DNA of 53,611 bases, taken from a virus. Lineage: Duplodnaviria > Caudoviricetes. The stretch is from the IMG/VR virus record IMGVR_UViG_3300036861_000061, positions 1 to 53,611 of that record, one strand, 5' to 3'. The first letter of the stretch is position 1. Every line of letters begins with the position of its first letter. This document shows, in pieces, positions 8,476 through 15,876 of this stretch. The position numbers were made by a program, and so were the translations under genes. The notes beneath the pieces are model-generated. The model was not told where the DNA came from. It saw only the letters and a list, made by a program, of their open reading frames with translations, and searched no databases.

Positions 8476-9159
8476 TCATTTAGCCCTCATACTTTCAGGA
8501 ACAAGAGAACCAAAATCAGCAGCTAATGTCTTAAGATGGCTACTAGTTGTATATTGAACACAAGGTATCTCCCAATTCTTAGCCAATTCTTTTACCTTAG
8601 AAACGTTAGTATGGGTAGGAGTTATTAAAACCTCTATTCTCATCCTTTGAACACGCATACCTGAACTATGAGCTTCTATTCTACCCCAACACGTTACTAT
8701 ACCACCAATACTCCCATGGGTAAACATCCCCTCAGGAGAATAATAGCAATATAAACCACATGTACATTCAGGACTAGGGACTAAATGCGACCTACTAGAC
8801 GCATTACATATAGCCTCCATTTCCCTAGTCCATGTAGTATTATAACCTGATGTAAGAGCAAGCGGCGATATTGCTGCCGCCCGTAATTTAGACTCTAACT
8901 CGTGTAAAACACCAATCTGATTCTTGTTCCAAACAGAACGAGCCAGTTCTATAACCTCATAATCAGGAACAAGTTTCCCATCTGACTCCATTTTATATGC
9001 AGCTGGAGTATTAAAATTATATCTCTTAGATTCTATCTCCTTAATTTGTTTTATAATCTTCTTGCTATCCTGTTCTCTAATATTAAAAGCACGAAATCCT
9101 AATACAGGATCTATTAAATCTGGAATTGTTACATGCTTATTCCCAATAGCTCCATCCAC
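8476..9159 (-). CDS. Cys-motif protein (CTCGLY), paralog of 9295-9813
   Basis: Shares IGNxH, PDLIxPxxGFRxF, ECxCGLY, HSxGMRxQxMRIE and FGSxxPxSMR with 9295-9813. Confidence 0.8.
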   Translation of the reverse strand: MDGAIGNKHVTIPDLIDPVLGFRAFNIREQDSKKIIKQIKEIESKRYNFNTPAAYKMESDGKLVPDYEVIELARSVWNKNQIGVLHELESKLRAAAISPLALTSGYNTTWTREMEAICNASSRSHLVPSPECTCGLYCYYSPEGMFTHGSIGGIVTCWGRIEAHSSGMRVQRMRIEVLITPTHTNVSKVKELAKNWEIPCVQYTTSSHLKTLAADFGSLVPESMRAK

Positions 9160-9160
9160 T

Positions 9161-9280
9161 TCAAACTTTCACCGGCTCTTTATCAGGAACAGGCTTCTCA
9201 ATAGGCTTCTCAATGGGAGCAGGAGCAGGAACTTTTAAAGGCTCTACTATTATTGTTTTTGACTTACCTGGCAATGTCAT
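9161..9280 (-). CDS. 39-aa Pro/Glu/Lys-rich peptide
   Basis: MTLPGKSKTIIVEPLKVPAPAPIEKPIEKPVPDKEPVKV; GAGGA SD; fills the gap between the two paralogs. Confidence 0.7.
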   Translation of the reverse strand: MTLPGKSKTIIVEPLKVPAPAPIEKPIEKPVPDKEPVKV

Positions 9281-9294
9281 TATGCTGTTCCTCT

Positions 9295-9813
9295 CTAAAA
9301 CATTTCTTCATTTTCATTTTTTTGGTTGTATCTCATAGATTGAGGTAACGGAGAACCAAATTCAAGCGCCATTTTCTGTGATATCTTAGAAAATATTGGT
9401 ATATCGCCTATCCAATCTAACTTCTCAAGTCCCTCCCTTGTTATTTTATTATCAGCAGCCAATGCCTCTATTCTCATTTTTTGAGAACGCATACCAGTAG
9501 AATGCACTTGAATCTTACCAGTACACGACACTATACCTATTACCCCATGACCAGCGGAAGGGCAGTTAAAATAACCATATAGTCCACAGTCACATTCCTT
9601 ACCAGGTGGCGTACTAATTACTAACTCTTTATCACTAAAATCAAATCTAACTACTTCAAAGCAACCAAGATCACACTTAGCCTCATTATCACGTTTCCAA
9701 ACGTATTCTATTTGATAAGGAGATACCAAACCATTAATATTTATCCCAAAAATACGAAAACCAATAATAGGCTCTATCAAATCAGGAACTTCAAGATGTT
9801 GATTACCAATCAT
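9295..9813 (-). CDS. Cys-motif protein (CDCGLY), paralog of 8476-9159
   Basis: Motifs shared with 8476-9159. Confidence 0.8.
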   Translation of the reverse strand: MIGNQHLEVPDLIEPIIGFRIFGININGLVSPYQIEYVWKRDNEAKCDLGCFEVVRFDFSDKELVISTPPGKECDCGLYGYFNCPSAGHGVIGIVSCTGKIQVHSTGMRSQKMRIEALAADNKITREGLEKLDWIGDIPIFSKISQKMALEFGSPLPQSMRYNQKNENEEMF

Positions 9814-9841
9814 ATTAAATTACTCCCTTGCGCCCCCCTCA

Positions 9842-10153
9842 CTAAGCAATTCTAAGCTCTTCATTGAACTCCGCAGGGCCATCCTTCTGCCATTCTCCCG
9901 GTGCAAGTTTACGAGCCATAGGAATACTCAAATCGCGAAATCCTAAAACTGCTGGATACACAGCACGCAATTTCTCACCTTCATAGACTCGAACACACCA
10001 TCCAGTATCATGAACATTGGCAGGATTAACTCCACTAAAAGTAAGACGCCAATTAGCAGGAAGTTCTATAATGAAATCTCCTGAACCATTATGACCCTTA
10101 TTAATAAGATACTGAATGGCGGGCGGATTTTTCATACGTTGACGAGAAGCCAT
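9842..10153 (-). CDS. Hypothetical protein
   Basis: ORF track; coupled to 10153-10383. Confidence 0.65.
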   Translation of the reverse strand: MASRQRMKNPPAIQYLINKGHNGSGDFIIELPANWRLTFSGVNPANVHDTGWCVRVYEGEKLRAVYPAVLGFRDLSIPMARKLAPGEWQKDGPAEFNEELRIA

Positions 10154-10383
10154 CAGTAAGACCTATCAGACTGAACAGCGTTATAGGTGGGTTCTCCACC
10201 ATATTCAACCTGATTAAATTGTGCGGCCTTACAAGGACGAGTCTCAAATCCCACTAGATCAGCATGACCCTTGGCATCCTTCATTTCCATATGTACACGT
10301 TCCATGCTGCTATCTAAGATGGCGCCAGCCCTCCCATAGTTTTCAGCCTCGAATGCCATACGAATAGTAACTACAACTCTCAT
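10153..10383 (-). CDS. Hypothetical protein
   Basis: ORF track; GAGGGA upstream. Confidence 0.6.
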   Translation of the reverse strand: MRVVVTIRMAFEAENYGRAGAILDSSMERVHMEMKDAKGHADLVGFETRPCKAAQFNQVEYGGEPTYNAVQSDRSY

Positions 10384-10538
10384 ATCAATCCCTCACATGG
10401 ATGGTGATCATATAGTCAGAAACCCTCACTGCCATCCCTCCCAATTACATTTATCACACCAAGGATGATTAAGATACTTCCAAGGCAACCACTTACCACA
10501 ACCAACACATCTAATTCTCCTATAGTCAGACACATCCT

Positions 10539-10730
10539 TCATTTCAAAAACATCTTTACTTGATAACCATCATCAGTATACAATTCAGTAGGGTTATAAA
10601 AGTCACTCTCTTCTAAAAGAACGGGTCTACCTCTGAATCCATTTAAATCATTAGGACCTTGATGGATACCTGAATTACAACGATCTTCAGGATCTAATAT
10701 TTGTCCACATAGGTGACACACATATATCAT
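10539..10730 (-). CDS. Small Cys-containing hypothetical protein
   Basis: CHLC motif. Confidence 0.55.
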   Translation of the reverse strand: MIYVCHLCGQILDPEDRCNSGIHQGPNDLNGFRGRPVLLEESDFYNPTELYTDDGYQVKMFLK

Positions 10731-10733
10731 AAC

Positions 10734-10925
10734 CTATTCCTCAACTTCTTCGATATCGCCTGGCAATACATAATACCTCTCATGTAGCGCCCAATAAAAA
10801 CAGTCAGGATGAGTCCAAAACTGTTGTTGAGGGCGATCACTATCGGGACGAAAAAGACCTACTTCCCATGCCTCTTCCGCATCCATACCCTCATTACAAA
10901 AACAGCATCCAAACTTGATTTCCAT
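10734..10925 (-). CDS. Small Zn-finger-like protein coupled to the Ro60 gene
   Basis: CCFC...HPDC; TAATG overlap with the TROVE stop. Confidence 0.65.
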   Translation of the reverse strand: MEIKFGCCFCNEGMDAEEAWEVGLFRPDSDRPQQQFWTHPDCFYWALHERYYVLPGDIEEVEE

Positions 10926-12529
10926 TAGTTCTTACTAAAGTCACTAATAACCTGGGGAACTGCTGTGTCAAATCCAACGACATCAAGCATCCCTGCATCA
11001 TTCGAGTCAGCAATACTGAAACCATTGGAAGTCATTCCAACAACAACCAGCTTAGCATTTATTCCGGTCTGGTTACGGTATTCCTTGAGCGCTTGAGCAG
11101 GATGAATCCTGCCAGCCCACGTTTCACTGTCGGTGTAAATAATGAACGTTTCTATAGCCTGCCAATTACCCATTGCATACTGCTGACCAGCGGCGACGAT
11201 AGGGAGAGAACAATCCGTCCAACCGAAGTTCATACGCCGCGTCTCACGCAATAGGTCGTCTAGACGTTGACGGGCACTGAAGCCAACAACTGTAAGACCT
11301 TCGGTGAAGGCAGTAACCATACACTGAGGTTCTACTGCAACATGCACCATACACATTGCACAAGAACCTTCCGCCGCAGACAACATCGTGCCAGCCAAAG
11401 ACTGACCCATAGAACTACTAACATCAAGTCCTATCAGGGTCCTCTTGTTGGTCGGTTCTACGTTCCCGAAAGCGGTATAAAACGCAGCGTCCAGCGCATC
11501 TACAACCTTTGCGTCCACATTCCAACTTCCCGCCCCGCGATATCCGTGCCCAGCACTGTACGTCCTGAGGGCCATCAATATCTGTATAGGGTGAATTCCC
11601 GACTTCAGAATATGTTCCTTGTTGGACAGTTGGTCGCATACGATCTTCTCCGCATCCGACATAGGGGAAAGAACACCACTCTTGGAAAAATTGCCAAGAT
11701 TACGCACAAGTGCGATCATAGGCATACCATTCTCAAGAAGCTTCATCTGAACTTTAGGACTAGGAAGCATATCGGTACGTAATGCTTCACGCGGAAGGTC
11801 AGGATATTTCTGTAGGATATTTACAGTAGCCTCAGGACTTGTAGCCGCTTGGGCATGCATGAATGCCTCATGTAAGGGATGCAGCTTCCTATCAACATCC
11901 CCAGGACCAAACTGCTCAACAGCAAACCTAAGTATACCGTCCATCACGGGATCATCAGCCTTAGGATGCGCTAAACGTAACACATCCCTGTGGGTATAAC
12001 CCTCACGCTGACGGTATTTGATTACTTGATAAGCAAGCTTGTCAGGTTCTTTCTCAAGATACCAATTAGCTACCGCAGTACGGAGTCCGCGGGACCATCC
12101 TTTGAACTGATGGACGTATCCGAGGAATTGGAAGAGATGGGTTCCGATACGCGCAACCTTAGGAAGCGCATTATACGCTGCCTTGCGAGTCTCATCATCA
12201 CCGGTTCCCACTGCCATAGCAAGTGCAAATAACGCCGGATCATTCTTAGGTGCCCTCTTACTTGCGGATACGTCAACAATCTTCTGCACCGCGCGAGGAC
12301 CATCCTCAGCGATGCACTCCAACGCGCCAGTCGCGTTGTCAACAGTTAACTTGCGCTCGGAGATGTAATAGGTCCCACCTTCCGAACCAAGAATTAAGAA
12401 GCGCTCTAGGCGCGCCCACTTGTCGATCTGCCACACGAAGCCGCCAGCAGAGTTCGGAACTTGCGTAGAACCCGGTATCGCCTGCAATTGCGGCGTCACC
12501 CTAATAGAGAAACCCTTGTATGCACTCAT
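10925..12529 (-). CDS. rsr: Ro60 / TROVE-vWA RNA-binding protein
   Basis: TROVE N-terminus QVPNSAGGFV...RLERFLILGSEGGTYY and KYRQREGYTHRDVLRLAHP; vWA MIDAS DVSSSM, TDCSLP, YTDSETW and GMLDVVGFD; 534 aa. Confidence 0.96.
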   Translation of the reverse strand: MSAYKGFSIRVTPQLQAIPGSTQVPNSAGGFVWQIDKWARLERFLILGSEGGTYYISERKLTVDNATGALECIAEDGPRAVQKIVDVSASKRAPKNDPALFALAMAVGTGDDETRKAAYNALPKVARIGTHLFQFLGYVHQFKGWSRGLRTAVANWYLEKEPDKLAYQVIKYRQREGYTHRDVLRLAHPKADDPVMDGILRFAVEQFGPGDVDRKLHPLHEAFMHAQAATSPEATVNILQKYPDLPREALRTDMLPSPKVQMKLLENGMPMIALVRNLGNFSKSGVLSPMSDAEKIVCDQLSNKEHILKSGIHPIQILMALRTYSAGHGYRGAGSWNVDAKVVDALDAAFYTAFGNVEPTNKRTLIGLDVSSSMGQSLAGTMLSAAEGSCAMCMVHVAVEPQCMVTAFTEGLTVVGFSARQRLDDLLRETRRMNFGWTDCSLPIVAAGQQYAMGNWQAIETFIIYTDSETWAGRIHPAQALKEYRNQTGINAKLVVVGMTSNGFSIADSNDAGMLDVVGFDTAVPQVISDFSKN

Positions 12530-12756
12530 TTAAACTCCCCGATACGAGCATTTAGTTCTTTGATACGCTTATTATTCCTGAAAATAGAACGGGAATTACG
12601 TAAAGTAATCACAAACATTATAGCACAAAAAGCAAATGCTAAGGAATTAAGCCAATGACCTTCAATCATAAAAGGCACTTGACTCAACACACATATAGCC
12701 ACCAAAATAGGAGCTATATAAGCAACAACCATACTAAATCTCATGACATCCTCCAC
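12526..12756 (-). CDS. Small two-TM membrane protein between the RNA array and Ro60
   Basis: Two hydrophobic segments; stop overlaps the Ro60 start (ATGA). Confidence 0.65.
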   Translation of the reverse strand: MEDVMRFSMVVAYIAPILVAICVLSQVPFMIEGHWLNSLAFAFCAIMFVITLRNSRSIFRNNKRIKELNARIGEFK

Positions 12757-12762
12757 TTATAA

Positions 12763-12832
12763 AGATACAGATAAATTAATGACTAAGGATATTTATCTTA
12801 AGAGGATAACCCTTTGTCTTCGACCCGTATCT
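12763..12832 (-). ncRNA. Y-RNA-like element Y1 (minimal, 70 nt)
   Basis: AGAUACGGGUCGAAGACAAAGG...CCUUAGUCAUUAAUUUAUCUGUAUCU; outer stem, bulged-C helix, middle stem, small hairpin. Confidence 0.8.
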
Positions 12833-12912
12833 AAACTGTCCCCTCAACCCGTCAAGGTTGATATGTTATGGTCCATTACTAAGTGTTCTCAGAGCCATGA
12901 ACCAAGGCTCAG

Positions 12913-13091
12913 GGGGGAAGCTAGGACTTGAACCTAGAACCTTCGGTTCCCTGTAGATAACCCTAACCTATCGACCCGTAACGTTGCGTTTCCCTGCTGC
13001 TTGGCTGAACACCTATTTAATTATATTGTTACGGATAAATTTATTCGGTAGGAATCATAACCAATGCTCTACCAATTGAGCTACTTCCCCC
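12913..13091 (-). ncRNA. tRNA-Y RNA chimera Y2 (tRNA body with a 112-nt Ro-stem insert replacing the anticodon loop)
   Basis: GGGGAAG/CUUCCCC acceptor, GCUC-AAUUGGUA-GAGC D-arm, UUGGU/ACCGA anticodon stem, CUAGG-UUCAAGU-CCUAG T-arm. The insert has AAUUUAUCCGUAAC before GUUACGGGUCGA. Confidence 0.8.
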
Positions 13092-13096
13092 AAGTA

Positions 13097-13249
13097 TTAC
13101 AGCAAGTGCTCAGCACAATACTCAACCAAATGTTCGGCGCACACCCGCAACGGACCACCGCCGCACAACGGATTGCAGAACTGCAGCACTTCGACCACCG
13201 GCCGTCCGCAAGCTGCGTCCCCGACGTACCACCCGCACCCCGCTGCCAT
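13097..13249 (-). CDS. 50-aa Cys-rich mini-protein inside the RNA array
   Basis: GGGGGAGG SD; MAAGCGWYVGDAACGRPVVEVLQFCNPLCGGGPLRVCAEHLVEYCAEHLL. Confidence 0.65.
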   Translation of the reverse strand: MAAGCGWYVGDAACGRPVVEVLQFCNPLCGGGPLRVCAEHLVEYCAEHLL

Positions 13250-13269
13250 CGTATACCTCCCCCATGACT

Positions 13270-13379
13270 GAGCAGATAAGTTATTGAAGTGGAATTTGAC
13301 CAGCACCACGCCTAGGTGAGAATCGAACTCACTCGCCTTCTTTTCAATAGAAGATAATCCACATTCATTCGACCCGCTC
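13270..13379 (-). ncRNA. Y-RNA-like element Y3 (anticodon-like hairpin plus T-arm)
   Basis: GAGCGGGUCGAAUGAAUGUGGA...UCCACUUCAAUAACUUAUCUGCUC; inside are CUUCU-AUUGAAA-AGAAG and GUGAG-UUCGAUU-CUCAC. Confidence 0.8.
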
Positions 13380-13385
13380 GCTGAT

Positions 13386-13483
13386 TAGACAGATAAGTTA
13401 CTAAACTAGAAATCCCTATTTATAGGGCGACCCCAAGGAACACCTTGGCTGGGGAAGATAATCTAATTTACTCGACCCGTCTA
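13386..13483 (-). ncRNA. Y-RNA-like element Y4 (two non-tRNA hairpins)
   Basis: UAGACGGGUCGAGUAAAUUAGA...UCUAGUUUAGUAACUUAUCUGUCUA; inside are CCAAGG/CCUUGG and CCCUA/UAGGG hairpins. Confidence 0.8.
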
Positions 13484-13494
13484 CTACGACTTAG

Positions 13495-13592
13495 TGTAGA
13501 TAAGTTATAGGAATAAGATAGCGGACTCGAACCGCATATAGCCTCTCGAGGCTACTCTTAACCAATAGATAATCTTATTCAATCGACCCGCA
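13495..13592 (-). ncRNA. Y-RNA-like element Y5 (D, anticodon-like and T arms in canonical tRNA order)
   Basis: UGCGGGUCGAUUGAAUAAGAU...AUCUUAUUCCUAUAACUUAUCUACA; inside are UCU-AUUGGUUA-AGA, UAGCCU/AGGCUA and GCGG-UUCGAGU-CCGC. Confidence 0.8.
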
Positions 13593-13636
13593 ACTAGCGT
13601 TACTAAAGTCTTACTTTTATCGTCCACCAAAAAACA

Positions 13637-14002
13637 TTACCAGGTCTCCTCTTCCGTTGCAAGTTCTTCTTGCTTATTAGGCTCTGGGAGAGTAGTAGAA
13701 ATAGAATCAGCAACTATCTCCACATATTCCTTTTTAGGCCCATCTTCAGGAGCATATTCTCTCCATTGAAGACGACCAGTGATATGCACACTTTCTCCCT
13801 GCTTTAATGCATTAACTGGTTCACGATCATTACCAAAAACAAGAACAGTAAAATACTGATTAATCCATTGCATCTCCCCACTAGCATCCTTCTGTCTACG
13901 GGGAGCATTCATCCTAATCTGAGTAGGACCTTTACCTGATGCTCCAGGATTAGGCTTGGGATCAAATGAAAGTCTTCCACTAAGTACAACGAAGTTTGGC
14001 AA
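13637..14002 (-). CDS. ssb: Single-stranded DNA-binding protein
   Basis: NFVVLSGRL, VHITGRLQWREY, EIVADSI and an acidic tail ending in W; GGAGG SD before a TTG at 14002. Confidence 0.88.
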   Translation of the reverse strand: MPNFVVLSGRLSFDPKPNPGASGKGPTQIRMNAPRRQKDASGEMQWINQYFTVLVFGNDREPVNALKQGESVHITGRLQWREYAPEDGPKKEYVEIVADSISTTLPEPNKQEELATEEETW

Positions 14003-14372
14003 TTCTAGCCTCCACTTTACGTTCCTCCCAACCGGGCATCGCGCCAGCATAGCACACCTGACGCGATACCGCCACGATCCAATCACGTTGACGTTCAGTC
14101 AATACAACTACAGGTAGACAAAGGTTGATATGGTCAATCATCGCATAATCATTAATAATTGCTAAGCGTCCACGGGAGAGCCGAGGGACGCTGAGCAGCA
14201 ACTCATACGTCGGCATGTCGCCTAGGCGTTCCATGGGTTGTCGAAGGGCAGCAGCGAGGGAAAGAGAGCCGTCCTTCACATCTCGTTTCACCGCCGCGCG
14301 GGCGCGCTTGCTAATAATTGACTGAGCCTGTGCTTTAGGTTGGGTCTTTAAAGCGTATGAATAATCAGTCAT
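13980..14372 (-). CDS. Actinobacterial integration host factor (mIHF/sIHF)-like H2TH protein
   Basis: RARAAVKRDVKDGSLSL...MPTYELLLSVPRLSR...LTERQR parallels my recollection of the mIHF pattern RARAELKxxLKxG...LLEALPKVGK...LGDRQR. Confidence 0.7.
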   Translation of the reverse strand: MTDYSYALKTQPKAQAQSIISKRARAAVKRDVKDGSLSLAAALRQPMERLGDMPTYELLLSVPRLSRGRLAIINDYAMIDHINLCLPVVVLTERQRDWIVAVSRQVCYAGAMPGWEERKVEARIAKLRCT

Positions 14373-14632
14373 GTTTCAATATCTTCCCAAATCATTTCCA
14401 ATACTCGTGCATAACCAGCAATATCTACAAGATTATCATGCTTATGCTTATTATATTCCCTACTAAGCTTGGCGCAGATCATCATTACAGCAAAATGCTG
14501 CGGTTCTACCTTGAGGCCAGTGGCCGCAGACGCCATCTGAGCAAACCTAACTGCATCATCATATGCTGAACCATAGTCTGCTCGCCTATCACCATTAGTT
14601 AATGCTAATGCTTCTTCAAGAACGTTAGTCAT
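14369..14632 (-). CDS. DUF6378-like phage protein
   Basis: LEEA..LTNGDRRADYG...KLSR...DNLVDIAGYA pattern. Confidence 0.75.
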   Translation of the reverse strand: MTNVLEEALALTNGDRRADYGSAYDDAVRFAQMASAATGLKVEPQHFAVMMICAKLSREYNKHKHDNLVDIAGYARVLEMIWEDIET

Positions 14633-15389
14633 CCCATAACTCGTCTTTAGTAGGACGATTGGCCCGTTCTATCTCTGTACCCCTGGGGGTAGATAGAATT
14701 CTAAACCATTGTCGTGCGTGCGCACCTCCCAACCTGTCTTTATTCCATTCGATATATCTTCTATCTGGATCACAATCTTTTGGATGTTTTCCAATTCCAA
14801 CTGCGATTTCAGGTACGGCGGTAAGCGCAACCGTACCTGCATAGTCTCCCCATTTATTTGTATGGTGGAGAATAAGAATTGATGTATCGTATTTTCTGGC
14901 AATCTCTTGAAGTTGTTTAAAGAATGGAGTAACTAACTTAGGATCATTACAATCACCAGCAAGCCATAGGGATCGCAATGAATCTAAAATTACATATCCA
15001 GCATGATGATGTTGTATATAGTGTACAAGGCTAGTGAGTTCTTGGTCTAGTGAACAGTCTGGTTCATAGATTTCAAAAAACTCTCCACACTGGCCATTAA
15101 AACATGGCATGTAATGTAACCTACGTGCCATTTCATTAGCACCATTCTCTGCATCAAAGTATACAGAAGGACTGCCAAATGTAACGTTAAATCCTCCCAC
15201 TTCATATCCCCTATTAGTTGTTGCACCCGCAAATGCTAAAGCAAGGTACGACTTCCCAATAGCAGGAGGACCATACATCAAAGTTAGTGTACCCCGAGCA
15301 GCTATATTCTCTACAACCCAATCAATAGGCGGAGGTGGATCTTGAACAAGGCTAGCTGCGTGTAAACTATGCATGAGTATATTCCACAC
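14625..15389 (-). CDS. RecA-like AAA_25/RepA-type helicase (start may be 15374)
   Basis: PPPIDWVVE, Walker A GPPAIGKS, YFDAEN, VILDSL, ILHHTNK. Confidence 0.85.
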   Translation of the reverse strand: MWNILMHSLHAASLVQDPPPPIDWVVENIAARGTLTLMYGPPAIGKSYLALAFAGATTNRGYEVGGFNVTFGSPSVYFDAENGANEMARRLHYMPCFNGQCGEFFEIYEPDCSLDQELTSLVHYIQHHHAGYVILDSLRSLWLAGDCNDPKLVTPFFKQLQEIARKYDTSILILHHTNKWGDYAGTVALTAVPEIAVGIGKHPKDCDPDRRYIEWNKDRLGGAHARQWFRILSTPRGTEIERANRPTKDELWDD

Positions 15390-15765
15390 GCATCTGCTGA
15401 AGCTCTGATTGAAGTCCAGAGAGTACTGACTGCCTAGTGCTAATTTTACTCTTTAATGCATCACACCTTGCCTTACCAACAAGATATTGTTTCCAAACTT
15501 TAGTATCAAGAGCTAGATGAGACTTAGCTCTCCTAATATCTTCTGCTGGTACCTTTCCTCTCTCTAATCCAGCATTATATTCTTCTATGAGACCCTTAGC
15601 AATCTCCTTTTCATATTCAAATTCTAAGTTAGCGAATTGAATCCTTGCCGTTGAGTAGTCATCTCCGAGATTTATAAGTTCTTCGTTAAGTTTTTCGATG
15701 TCTCGAAGTACGTCCCCTGGCTCTCTATCCACGCTTTTTCCAGTTCTGTCTTGTGTTTTTGACAA
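15367..15765 (-). CDS. Helical/coiled-coil protein in the recombination module
   Basis: ORF track; heptad pattern. Confidence 0.65.
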   Translation of the reverse strand: MSKTQDRTGKSVDREPGDVLRDIEKLNEELINLGDDYSTARIQFANLEFEYEKEIAKGLIEEYNAGLERGKVPAEDIRRAKSHLALDTKVWKQYLVGKARCDALKSKISTRQSVLSGLQSELQQMRVEYTHA

Positions 15766-15876
15766 TAACTACCAGCAGGATGATCTATGATAGTAAGTTC
15801 CCAAACTCCTATGCGAGAACAATCAATTATATCACAAAACTTGAGAAAACCACTTCCACCGGAATTAATTGATTTT

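Noticed and set aside
12948-13059. Group I or bulge-helix-bulge tRNA intron
   Set aside because: Too short for group I and no P7 core seen. No clean BHB at the junctions and no obvious splice that restores a canonical anticodon loop.
12763-13592. CRISPR array reading of the recurring tcgacccg/gataa motifs
   Set aside because: The repeats are short, bipartite, irregularly spaced and pair with each other. There is no cas operon, and the Cas4-like gene is an ordinary phage exonuclease.
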